Source of the DNA: Chloroflexota bacterium
GTDB lineage: Bacteria > Chloroflexota > Limnocylindria > QHBO01
Assembly (NCBI GenBank): GCA_025699005.1
Contig: JAILWI010000002.1
Location: forward strand, 25,403 to 89,402
DNA length: 64,000 nt
Reading direction: 5' to 3'
The position numbers and the translations under genes were made by a program. Below are positions 27,816 to 35,736 of this stretch, one piece after another. Numbering within the stretch: position 1 is the first letter of the stretch; each line of letters opens with the position of its first letter. Below the pieces are notes generated by a model that saw only the letters and a program-made list of their open reading frames with translations, was not told the origin of the DNA and searched no databases.

Positions 27816-28685
27816 GTGGGAGCCTGGCGTCGAGCGGCCTCGACCTCGCTGCATGAGGTGTCCGAGCGGCCCGACCTGTGGGTGCCCGGCGCGCTGGGCT
27901 GGATCGCCTCGGTCGGCTGGATTCCGTTCGTCGTCGCGGTGGTGCCCGCCCCGTCGATCTCCGACCTCACGTTCCTCGGCGCGCGACTCGTGACGTCGGG
28001 AACGTGGCCGTGGAACGCCGTCTTCCTGGGGGCCGGCCTCCTCGTTATCGTGGCGCTGGCGTTCGCGTCGGTCGCCGCGTCGAACGCGACGCTGGCCGCC
28101 ATGATCGTCGGCCGGCGCACGCGACCCTCGGACATCGCGCGGATGCTGCGGGTGACCGTTCCGGCGGGGCTTCCGGCGGCCATCGCCATCGGGATGCTGC
28201 TGCTGGCGGCATCCATCGTCGCGCCGCGCGAGTTCAACGACCCCGATCCGGCCGGCGGGCCGCTCGTGAGCACGATCGTTCGGCTGCTTCCGTACCTCGC
28301 GGTGGTTGGGCTGACCGTGCTCGCGGCGATCGGCCTGTCGGCGGTCGGGGGACGGATCGCCGTGGCGCGGCGCATCGGCACGGCATCCGCGCTGCGGCTG
28401 GCCGCATCGGCGATCGTCAGGCCTCCGCTGGCGATCCAGCTCGTCGTCTCGGCCCTCGCCGCGATCGCCCTGCTCGTCATTGCCGGCCTGCTCCTGGGTG
28501 TGCTGTGGTCACCGATCGCCGCCGAGCTGGGGATCATCGGCGACTTCGGTCTCGGGACCGGGCTGCTGCTGGTAGGCTTCGTCGCGGTGTGGCTCTGCAT
28601 CGTCCTGGCGGGCGGTGCCCTCCACGCCTGGTCGGCGACCACATGGTCGCGGCTGGTGGCCGCAGAGTCGTTGCAGAGGACCTGA
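27816..28685 (+). CDS. Hypothetical polytopic membrane protein (about 6 TM)
   Basis: A 289-aa hydrophobic ORF in which I recognised no family. It starts 15 nt after purB and ends 8 nt before mgtC. Confidence 0.5.
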   Translation: MGAWRRAASTSLHEVSERPDLWVPGALGWIASVGWIPFVVAVVPAPSISDLTFLGARLVTSGTWPWNAVFLGAGLLVIVALAFASVAASNATLAAMIVGRRTRPSDIARMLRVTVPAGLPAAIAIGMLLLAASIVAPREFNDPDPAGGPLVSTIVRLLPYLAVVGLTVLAAIGLSAVGGRIAVARRIGTASALRLAASAIVRPPLAIQLVVSALAAIALLVIAGLLLGVLWSPIAAELGIIGDFGLGTGLLLVGFVAVWLCIVLAGGALHAWSATTWSRLVAAESLQRT

Positions 28686-28693
28686 CCCTCCCC

Positions 28694-29182
28694 GTGGAAG
28701 TCCTGTCACCCGGAGCGCAGCTCGAGCTGACCGTTCGGCTCATGGTGGCGCTCGTGCTCGGCGGGCTCATCGGCTGGGAGCGGGAGCTCCAGCGCATGCC
28801 GGCCGGGTTCCGGACCCATGCCCTCGTGGCCCTGGGAGCGGCGATCTTCACGATCGTCGGCGCGTTCGCGTTCGACGATGGGGATCCCTCGCGGGTCGCC
28901 GCGCAGATCGTGTCCGGGATCGGCTTCCTGGGTGGCGGTGCCATCCTTCACTACGGCGGAACCGTTCGTGGCCTGACCACGGCCGCCTCGCTCTGGGCCG
29001 CCGCGGCGGTCGGCATGGCGAGCGGCGCCGGCCTGTTCGTCATCGCCGTGGCCAGCGCCCTGCTGGTCATCATCGCGCTCGAGCTCTTCCAGCGCCTCGA
29101 GCATGTCATCAAGCGACAGTTCAACATCCCGATCGGCCGCGCCGGTGCGCCGGCCGACGACGACACCGAGGAGGGCGACTGA
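28694..29182 (+). CDS. mgtC: MgtC/SapB family membrane protein
   Basis: LMVALVLGGLIGWERE...GFRTHALVALGAAIF...AQIVSGIGFLGGGAIL...GLTTAASLWAAAAVGMA is the MgtC signature. The GTG at 28694 was chosen. Confidence 0.8.
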   Translation: MEVLSPGAQLELTVRLMVALVLGGLIGWERELQRMPAGFRTHALVALGAAIFTIVGAFAFDDGDPSRVAAQIVSGIGFLGGGAILHYGGTVRGLTTAASLWAAAAVGMASGAGLFVIAVASALLVIIALELFQRLEHVIKRQFNIPIGRAGAPADDDTEEGD

Positions 29183-30079
29183 GTGAGCAACGCGATGCTG
29201 CAGACCGAGATTCCGGGCCTCGAGCTCATCCACCGTGGGAAGGTCCGCGAGACGTACGAGGTCGACGACCGTCATCTACTGCTGGTGGCCACCGATCGGC
29301 TCTCGGCCTTCGACGTCGTGTTCGACCAGCCGATCCCGGACAAGGGCGCCGTCCTCACCCGGCTCTCCGCCTGGTGGTTCGAGCAGCTCGCCGGCCTCGG
29401 GCGCTCGCACTTCGTGAGCGCCGATCCGGCGGATCTGCCGGAGCCGGCGCGCGACCCGTCCCTGGCCGATCGGTCGATGCTCGTGCGTCGAGCCAGGCGG
29501 GTCGACGCCGAGTGCGTGGTCCGCGGCTACCTCGCCGGGTCCGGCTGGGCGGAGTACCAGCGCGCGGGGACCGTGTGCGGCATGCCACTGCCGGCGGGCC
29601 TGCGCGAGGCGGATCGGCTGCCGGAGCCGATCTTCACCCCGTCGACGAAGGCCGAGGTCGGCCACGACGAGAACATCAGCACGGCGCAGCTGGCCGACAT
29701 GGTCGGCGCCGACCTGGCGCGGCAGCTCGAGGAGCGATCGATCGCCCTCTACGTCGAGGGTGCGCGGCGCGCCGAGTCCGTCGGACTCATCCTTGCCGAC
29801 ACGAAGTTCGAGTTCGGCTTCATCGACGACGAGCTCGCCGTGATCGACGAGGTCCTCACCCCCGACTCGTCGCGCTTCTGGGATGGCGAGGCCTACGCGC
29901 CGGGGTCGAGCCCGCAGAGCTTCGACAAGCAGTTCGTCCGCGACTTCGTCGCCGCCACCGGGTGGAACAAGGAGCCGCCGGCGCCGACGCTGCCGGATGA
30001 CGTGATCCGCGGCACCCGCGACCGCTACGTGGCCGCCTACGAGCGCCTCACCGGTCGGACGTGGGAGGCCACGGCCTGA
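29183..30079 (+). CDS. purC: Phosphoribosylaminoimidazole-succinocarboxamide (SAICAR) synthase
   Basis: HRGKVRETYEVDD..LLLVATDRLSAFD...ILADTKFEFG. It starts immediately after the mgtC stop. Confidence 0.95.
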   Translation: MSNAMLQTEIPGLELIHRGKVRETYEVDDRHLLLVATDRLSAFDVVFDQPIPDKGAVLTRLSAWWFEQLAGLGRSHFVSADPADLPEPARDPSLADRSMLVRRARRVDAECVVRGYLAGSGWAEYQRAGTVCGMPLPAGLREADRLPEPIFTPSTKAEVGHDENISTAQLADMVGADLARQLEERSIALYVEGARRAESVGLILADTKFEFGFIDDELAVIDEVLTPDSSRFWDGEAYAPGSSPQSFDKQFVRDFVAATGWNKEPPAPTLPDDVIRGTRDRYVAAYERLTGRTWEATA

Positions 30080-30081
30080 CG

Positions 30082-30363
30082 GTGCGCTGGATCGCCGAGG
30101 TTCACGTCTCCCTGCGTCCCGGGATCGCCGATCCCGAGGGGCAGACGATCGGATCGGCGCTCCGATCGCTCGGCTATGCGAGCGTGGACGAGGTGCGCAG
30201 CGGAAAGCTGATCCGCATCGGCTTCGAGGCGGCGGGGCCGGACGAGGCGGAGCGAGCCGTCGGCGACATGTGCCGGCGCCTGCTGGCCAACCCGGTGATG
30301 GAGATCGCCACCTGGGACGTGCGCGCCGACGAGCAGCAGGACGCCGAGGGCGTCAACCCGTGA
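30082..30363 (+). CDS. purS: FGAM synthase subunit PurS
   Basis: VHVSLRPGIADPEGQTIGSALRSLGY..V.EVRSGK.I is canonical PurS. The GTG lies 2 nt after the purC stop. Confidence 0.85.
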   Translation: MRWIAEVHVSLRPGIADPEGQTIGSALRSLGYASVDEVRSGKLIRIGFEAAGPDEAERAVGDMCRRLLANPVMEIATWDVRADEQQDAEGVNP

Positions 30364-31115
30364 CGATCCTCGGCGCCCGACCCCGGATCGCGGTCGCCGT
30401 CTTCCCCGGCACGTGGTCGGAGCGCGACTTCCTCCATGTCGCCACCGAGGTGCTGGGGTGGCAGGCACGCCCGGTCTGGCACGCGGAACGTGATCTCGGC
30501 GAGGTCGATGCCGTCGTCCTTCCCGGCGGCTTCGCCCACGGTGACCACCTGCGCACCGGGGCGATTGCCCGCTTCTCGCCGATCATGGAGGCGGTCGAGG
30601 CGTTCGCCCGCAGCGGAGGTCCGGTGATCGGCTCGTGCAACGGGTTCCAGGTCCTGACCGAGGCCGGGCTCCTGCCGGGGGCGCTGATGCGGAACGACCA
30701 CCTGGAGTTCCGCTGCGACTGGCAGGAGCTGCGCGTCGAGAGCCCCTCCTCGGCACCGGTGTGGCTGGGTGAGTTGCAGGAGGGCGAGGTGATCCGGCTG
30801 CCGATCAGCCACGGCGAGGGTCGGTACGTCGCCGATCCCGCCACGCTCGACGAGCTCGAGCGCGCGGGCCGCGTCGTCCTCCGCTACGCGACCGCCACGG
30901 GCGAGGTGACCGACGCCGCCAACCCCAACGGGTCGGATCGGGGCATCGCGGGGATCGTGAATGCGGCGGGCAACGTGCTGGGCCTCATGCCGCACCCCGA
31001 GCGCGCCGCCGAGACCGAGGTCGGCGGCTCCGACGGGCTCCGCCTGTTCCGATCGCTGGAACGCTGGCTGCAGGAGCGGCCAGCGCCCGCAGAGCGTCGG
31101 GTATCATCGAGCTGA
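30360..31115 (+). CDS. purQ: FGAM synthase glutaminase subunit PurQ
   Basis: IAVAVFPG...LPGGFAHGD...GSCNGFQVLTEAGLLPG...ISHGEGRY...GLMPHPER. It has a GTGA overlap with purS. Confidence 0.9.
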   Translation: MTILGARPRIAVAVFPGTWSERDFLHVATEVLGWQARPVWHAERDLGEVDAVVLPGGFAHGDHLRTGAIARFSPIMEAVEAFARSGGPVIGSCNGFQVLTEAGLLPGALMRNDHLEFRCDWQELRVESPSSAPVWLGELQEGEVIRLPISHGEGRYVADPATLDELERAGRVVLRYATATGEVTDAANPNGSDRGIAGIVNAAGNVLGLMPHPERAAETEVGGSDGLRLFRSLERWLQERPAPAERRVSSS

Positions 31116-31145
31116 CCGCCCAGACCTGCCGCAGGAGGCGAACGA

Positions 31146-32390
31146 GTGGACGACCTCGAGCGCGATCGACGCGACTCGCCCGACGCGGAGGACGCGTCAT
31201 CGGCTCCGGCCGAGCCCACCGAATCCGACCACGCGGACACGGTCGCTGACGCGACCGGCGACGCCGACGTCGAGGCGACGAGCCGCGATCCGGATCCGAG
31301 CGAGATCGAGAGCTGGCCCAGCCAGGCGCCCGGCAGCACCGACGCTGCCAGCGGCGAGCACGCGACCGTGACCCCCGATTCCACCGAGCCGGCGTGGCCG
31401 ACCGAGCCGCCGGCCGCCGGGTCCGGGGCTGGAGGATGGCCGACCGAGCCTCCGGAGCGAGGGGACCAGCCGGTCCTCGAGCCCGAGTGGTCGGAGCGGC
31501 AGCCCACGCCGACCGAACCCGCGCCGAGCGAGGTGGAGGCCTACCCGGCCACCCCGGCCGCCGAGGAGACGACGAGCGAGCAATCCGCCGTGGAGGCGCC
31601 CGCCGCGCATGCCGTGCCCGCCGCCGCAAGCGAGGCCGGCGAGTCGACCCAGTGCCCGCGCTGCGGGACCGAGAACCGCCCGGGCCTGTCGTTCTGCAAC
31701 AACTGCGGCCAGCGCCTCATCGCGGCCGGTGTGGCAAGCACGGTCGAGCGTCCGGGGACGCCGGAGGGCACGATGGCGTGCCCTCGCTGCGGGACCCACA
31801 ATCGCGCCGGCGTGGCGTTCTGCCAGAACTGCGGCGCCAACCTGCGTGGCACGGCGCCGGGCTACGTCCCGCCGTCCGTGGCCGGCGAACCGGCGGCCGC
31901 AGCTGCCGCGACGAGCGCCGGGGGTGCCGTGCTCGGCCCCGTCGTCCTGCTCATCGGCGTCATCGGGCTCATCACCGGCTATCTGCTGCCGTTCCTCTAT
32001 GGCAGCGGCTCGCTCCTCGATCGGGCCATCGGCGGTGACGGATACGGCATCGCGTTCTGGGCCGGCTACCCGGAGGTGGGAGCGGACCTGGCGGATCAGG
32101 CGTACTTCGGCCTTGCCGGACCGGTCCCGCTGCTGGCGATCCTGCTCGTCATCCTGGCCGTCGCCGGGTTCATGCGTGCGCGACCCGGGCCCCTCCAGTC
32201 GATCGGCCTCGGCGTGGCGCTCCTCTGGAGCGTCGGGCTCATCGTCCTGTTCGCTGTCATCGAGCTCGCCGGCAACTGGGACGGCGACATCGTCGGGATG
32301 CTGCGGGTCATGACGCCGGCCGGCATCATCTTCTTCCTCGCCTCGCTCATCGTCGTCATCGGCACCCTGACCCGCTTCGGGCGCAGTTGA
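31146..32390 (+). CDS. Double zinc-ribbon protein with acidic/Pro-rich N-terminus and C-terminal multi-TM domain
   Basis: CPRCGTENRPGLSFCNNCG and CPRCGTHNRAGVAFCQNCG are followed by 4-5 hydrophobic helices. A strong RBS AGGAGG lies 7 nt upstream of the GTG. Confidence 0.6.
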   Translation: MDDLERDRRDSPDAEDASSAPAEPTESDHADTVADATGDADVEATSRDPDPSEIESWPSQAPGSTDAASGEHATVTPDSTEPAWPTEPPAAGSGAGGWPTEPPERGDQPVLEPEWSERQPTPTEPAPSEVEAYPATPAAEETTSEQSAVEAPAAHAVPAAASEAGESTQCPRCGTENRPGLSFCNNCGQRLIAAGVASTVERPGTPEGTMACPRCGTHNRAGVAFCQNCGANLRGTAPGYVPPSVAGEPAAAAAATSAGGAVLGPVVLLIGVIGLITGYLLPFLYGSGSLLDRAIGGDGYGIAFWAGYPEVGADLADQAYFGLAGPVPLLAILLVILAVAGFMRARPGPLQSIGLGVALLWSVGLIVLFAVIELAGNWDGDIVGMLRVMTPAGIIFFLASLIVVIGTLTRFGRS

Positions 32391-32394
32391 CACG

Positions 32395-33198
32395 ATGACA
32401 CGCTACTGCGCGGCCTGCGGGACGGAGGTCGAGGAAACCGCTCTCTTCTGCCCGACCTGCGGGCAGCCGATCGACCAGGAGAGCGAGACGGAGATTCCTC
32501 CGGCCCCGGCGTGGCCGGAATCGGCACCGCCAGCGGAGCCGCCGGTTGCCGAGCGGACCGCTCCGAGCCGGCCCGACTGGGAGACGGCGCCGCGCGTCGA
32601 CCGGTTCGACGATCCGCCGGCTCCGGAGCCGGACGCCACCCCGGACGCGTGGGACGAGCCAGAGCCACAGCCGGCGGCCGGGACCGGATGGGAGGTCCGC
32701 CACGAGGAGCCGACCAGGGCCGAGCCGGCGGCGCCGGCACCGGCCGCGTCTCCCATCGAACGGCGCGAGGGCGGTCGGGACCGGCCACCGCGGCGCGCCG
32801 AGGCCGCCGGCCCCCGTCGCTCCATGGACCTGCCGATCACGACGCCGGTCATGCTGTCGGGCTGGCTCATCGGCATCGGCACGCTCCTCGCCGCGCTCGG
32901 CATCCTCATCGGCCTGTTCGGGAACGTCATCAGCCCGATCGACGTGCTGCTCCTGCTCCTCCTGCTCGGGATCTCCGCCACCGTCTTCCTGTCATCGAAG
33001 GTGCCGGAAATCCCGCACCTGAAGCTCATCACGCTGGCAGCGGTGCTCGTCGGCTTCGGGATGGCGCTCGACCGGATCGGGAGCGGCGGCGCCGGAGCCG
33101 GCGAGCTGCTCTTCTTCTTCGGCACGGCGGCCGCCGCGATCGGGGCGATCATCGTCGAGCTCGGTCGCGACCAGCCGCTGGGTGGACCGCAGACCTGA
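32395..33198 (+). CDS. Zinc-ribbon protein with Pro-rich linker and C-terminal multi-TM domain
   Basis: The N-terminal CAACGTEVEETALFCPTCG is followed by a disordered P/E/A-rich linker and about 4 TM helices. It starts 4 nt after the previous ORF and ends 4 nt before purL. Confidence 0.6.
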   Translation: MTRYCAACGTEVEETALFCPTCGQPIDQESETEIPPAPAWPESAPPAEPPVAERTAPSRPDWETAPRVDRFDDPPAPEPDATPDAWDEPEPQPAAGTGWEVRHEEPTRAEPAAPAPAASPIERREGGRDRPPRRAEAAGPRRSMDLPITTPVMLSGWLIGIGTLLAALGILIGLFGNVISPIDVLLLLLLLGISATVFLSSKVPEIPHLKLITLAAVLVGFGMALDRIGSGGAGAGELLFFFGTAAAAIGAIIVELGRDQPLGGPQT

Positions 33199-33202
33199 CC
33201 GG

Positions 33203-35419
33203 ATGACCGTCGTCCCCCCGCCCGCCGAACAGCTCCACGGTCTGACCGACGCCGAGTACGGCCTGGTGGTCGACGCGCTGGGCCGGACGCCGAACGCGGT
33301 GGAGCTCGGGATGTTCGGGGCGATGTGGTCGGAGCACTGCGCGTACAAGCACAGCCGGCCCCTCCTCGGCCGGCTGCCGTCGAGCGGGCGGCAGGTCCTC
33401 GTCGGGCCGGGAGAGAACGCCGGCGCCATCGACATCGGCGACGGCCTGGCGGTCGTGTTCAAGGTGGAATCGCACAACCATCCCTCTGCCGTCGAGCCCT
33501 ACCAGGGGGCGGCGACCGGCGTGGGCGGCATCATCCGCGACATCTTCACGATGGGCGCGCGGCCGATCGCCCTGCTGAACTCGCTGCGCTTCGGCCCCCT
33601 CGATGCCGATGCGACGACCGACGCTGCGACGGCGACGCGCAACCGCTACCTGTTCGGCGGGGTCGTCGGCGGGATCGCCGGCTACGGCAACTGCATCGGG
33701 ATCCCCGACGTGGGCGGCGAGGTCACGTTCGACTCCACGTACTCCGGCAACCCGCTCGTCAACGCCATGTGCGTCGGCATCGCCCGTCACGAGGAGATCA
33801 CGCTCGCGCGCGCCGCGGGCGCCGGCAACGTGCTGCTGCTCGTCGGCGCAACGACCGGTCGCGACGGGATCCAGGGGGCGAGCTTCGCCTCGGCGAACCT
33901 CGGCGACGACCGCGAGGAGCGGCGTCCGGCGGTCCAGGTCGGCAACCCGTTCCTCGAGAAGCTGCTGATGGAGGCATGCCTGGAGCTCGCGCGGCGCGAC
34001 GACGTCGTCGCCATGCAGGATCTCGGTGCCGCGGGGCTCACGTGTGCGCTGGCGGAGCTCACCGCTCGCGGGGGCGTCGGGGCGGATGTCGATCTCGGCG
34101 CCGTCCCGCGGCGGGAGGCCGGCCTGACGCCGTACGAGGTGCTGCTCAGCGAGTCCCAGGAGCGGATGCTCATCGTGGTGACGCCCGACGGCGTGGCGGA
34201 GGTCGAGGCGGTGTTCGCGCGCTACGAGCTCCATGCCGCGCGCATCGGCACGATCACGGACGAGCCGATCATCCGCTGCCGTGACGGGGCCGATGTCGTG
34301 GTCGAGGTCTCGGGGCGCTCCCTGGCCGATGACGCGCCGCGCTATGAGGTGCGCGGCGGGCCGTTCGCGCCGTCGTCGTCAGCGGCCGTGGACGATCTGG
34401 CCTCGGAGGCACCGAGCGCCCACGTGCTCCTCGCCCTGCTCGGCGCACCGAATGCTCGCGACCGGAAGCCGATCTGGCGGCGCTACGACCACATGAACGG
34501 CACGAACACGCTCGTCGGACCGGGCGCCGGGGATGCAGCGCTGCTTCGCGTGAAGGGCACCTCGCGTGCGCTGGCCCTGTCGATCGACGGTCCGGGGCCG
34601 GCTCGGGTCGGCGCACTCGATCCGTACCTCGCCGGAGCCTCGGCGGTGGTCGAGGGAGCCATGAACGTCGCGGTCAGCGGCGCGACCCCGATCGGCATCA
34701 CCGACTGCCTGAACTTCGGTTCCCCCGAGACCGAGCTGGGTGCGTGGCAGCTCACGCGCGCCATCGACGGCATCGCCGATGCGTGCCGCGCGCTCGACCT
34801 GCCGGTGGTGAGCGGGAACGTCAGCCTCTACAACGAGACCCCGCAGGGGCCGATCCTGCCGACACCCGTCGTCGGGACGGTCGGACTGATCGACGAGCGC
34901 GACGCGGCCCTCCGCATGGGGTGGCGTCCGGGCGAGGAGATCTGGCTGCTCGGCGACCCGGCGGACGACGCCGGCGCCCTGGCCGCATCGGAGCTGGCCT
35001 GGCAGCGGGGAATCCACGACGGGGTCCCGGTTCTCGACGTGGGCGGGGCGGCCCGTGTCGTCGGCCTGCTCAGCCTGCTCGCGGGGCGCGGCATCGCCCG
35101 TGGCGCGCACGACCTCTCCGTGGGTGGCCTCGGCGTGGCCCTTGCCCGCATGGCCCTGGCCGGTGGGTGCGGCGCACGGATCGAGTTGGAGGCGTCGACG
35201 GTCCCGACCGCCACGCTCCATGGCGAGCGGGCAGGCCGCGTGATCGTGACCGTGGAGGCTCGACGCGCCTCCGAGCTCACGAGCGCCGCGAGCGACGCGA
35301 AGGTTCCGGCCCGACGGCTGGGTCGAGCCGGCGGATCCGGGCTGGAGCTCCGCCTCGGAGAAGCCGAGCTCGAGCTGTCGATCGACGAGCTGTCGACCGC
35401 CTGGCGGCGACCGCTCTAG
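33203..35419 (+). CDS. purL: FGAM synthase II large subunit PurL
   Basis: GMFGAMWSEHCAYKHS...ENAGAIDIGDG...FKVESHNHPS...; 738 aa. Confidence 0.95.
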   Translation: MTVVPPPAEQLHGLTDAEYGLVVDALGRTPNAVELGMFGAMWSEHCAYKHSRPLLGRLPSSGRQVLVGPGENAGAIDIGDGLAVVFKVESHNHPSAVEPYQGAATGVGGIIRDIFTMGARPIALLNSLRFGPLDADATTDAATATRNRYLFGGVVGGIAGYGNCIGIPDVGGEVTFDSTYSGNPLVNAMCVGIARHEEITLARAAGAGNVLLLVGATTGRDGIQGASFASANLGDDREERRPAVQVGNPFLEKLLMEACLELARRDDVVAMQDLGAAGLTCALAELTARGGVGADVDLGAVPRREAGLTPYEVLLSESQERMLIVVTPDGVAEVEAVFARYELHAARIGTITDEPIIRCRDGADVVVEVSGRSLADDAPRYEVRGGPFAPSSSAAVDDLASEAPSAHVLLALLGAPNARDRKPIWRRYDHMNGTNTLVGPGAGDAALLRVKGTSRALALSIDGPGPARVGALDPYLAGASAVVEGAMNVAVSGATPIGITDCLNFGSPETELGAWQLTRAIDGIADACRALDLPVVSGNVSLYNETPQGPILPTPVVGTVGLIDERDAALRMGWRPGEEIWLLGDPADDAGALAASELAWQRGIHDGVPVLDVGGAARVVGLLSLLAGRGIARGAHDLSVGGLGVALARMALAGGCGARIELEASTVPTATLHGERAGRVIVTVEARRASELTSAASDAKVPARRLGRAGGSGLELRLGEAELELSIDELSTAWRRPL

Positions 35420-35736
35420 CGGGATCGAGCCCCCTGCGAGGCCCCCGAGGCATCGAGGTCGTCCTCGGGCAGGGGACCGGCGCTGCGGATGGTCCGTCGC
35501 TCCAGCGCTGCGGCGATCTCGTCGTCGATGGTCGGACCCGGGTCCTCGCCACGTGGCCCCCGCCGGTCGCCGATCGCGCGGGCGATGAAGACCGAGGCGG
35601 TCACGACGGCCGTGGCGATGCCGAGGGCGACCGCGATCGTCCACGGCTGGATCGAGGCCTCGAACGCGAACGACGGCGCCCCCGCGGGCACCGCCGATGT
35701 CGCCGTGAAGGCGGGGATCCCCGGCGCGAACCTCAT
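35416..35736 (-). CDS. Small single-pass membrane protein (hypothetical), translationally coupled to the GGDEF/HD-GYP gene
   Basis: Its ATG overlaps the upstream TGA (ATGA at 35733-35736). One TM is present (WTIAVALGIATAVVTASVFIA). Only the 3' 106 codons of the 345-aa track ORF are used. Confidence 0.4.
   Translation of the reverse strand: MRFAPGIPAFTATSAVPAGAPSFAFEASIQPWTIAVALGIATAVVTASVFIARAIGDRRGPRGEDPGPTIDDEIAAALERRTIRSAGPLPEDDLDASGASQGARSR

Noticed and set aside
27878-28693. The upstream part of the 434-aa ORF that ends as MgtC.
   Set aside because: It overlaps, out of frame, the hydrophobic 289-aa ORF. It is Arg/Gly-rich rather than membrane-like. MgtC homology starts only near the GTG at 28694.
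31200-31600. Repetitive Pro/Glu/Thr-coding DNA (WPTEPP twice) as a possible tandem repeat or CRISPR-like array.
   Set aside because: There is no regular repeat-spacer periodicity at the DNA level. It is a low-complexity disordered linker inside the first zinc-ribbon membrane protein.
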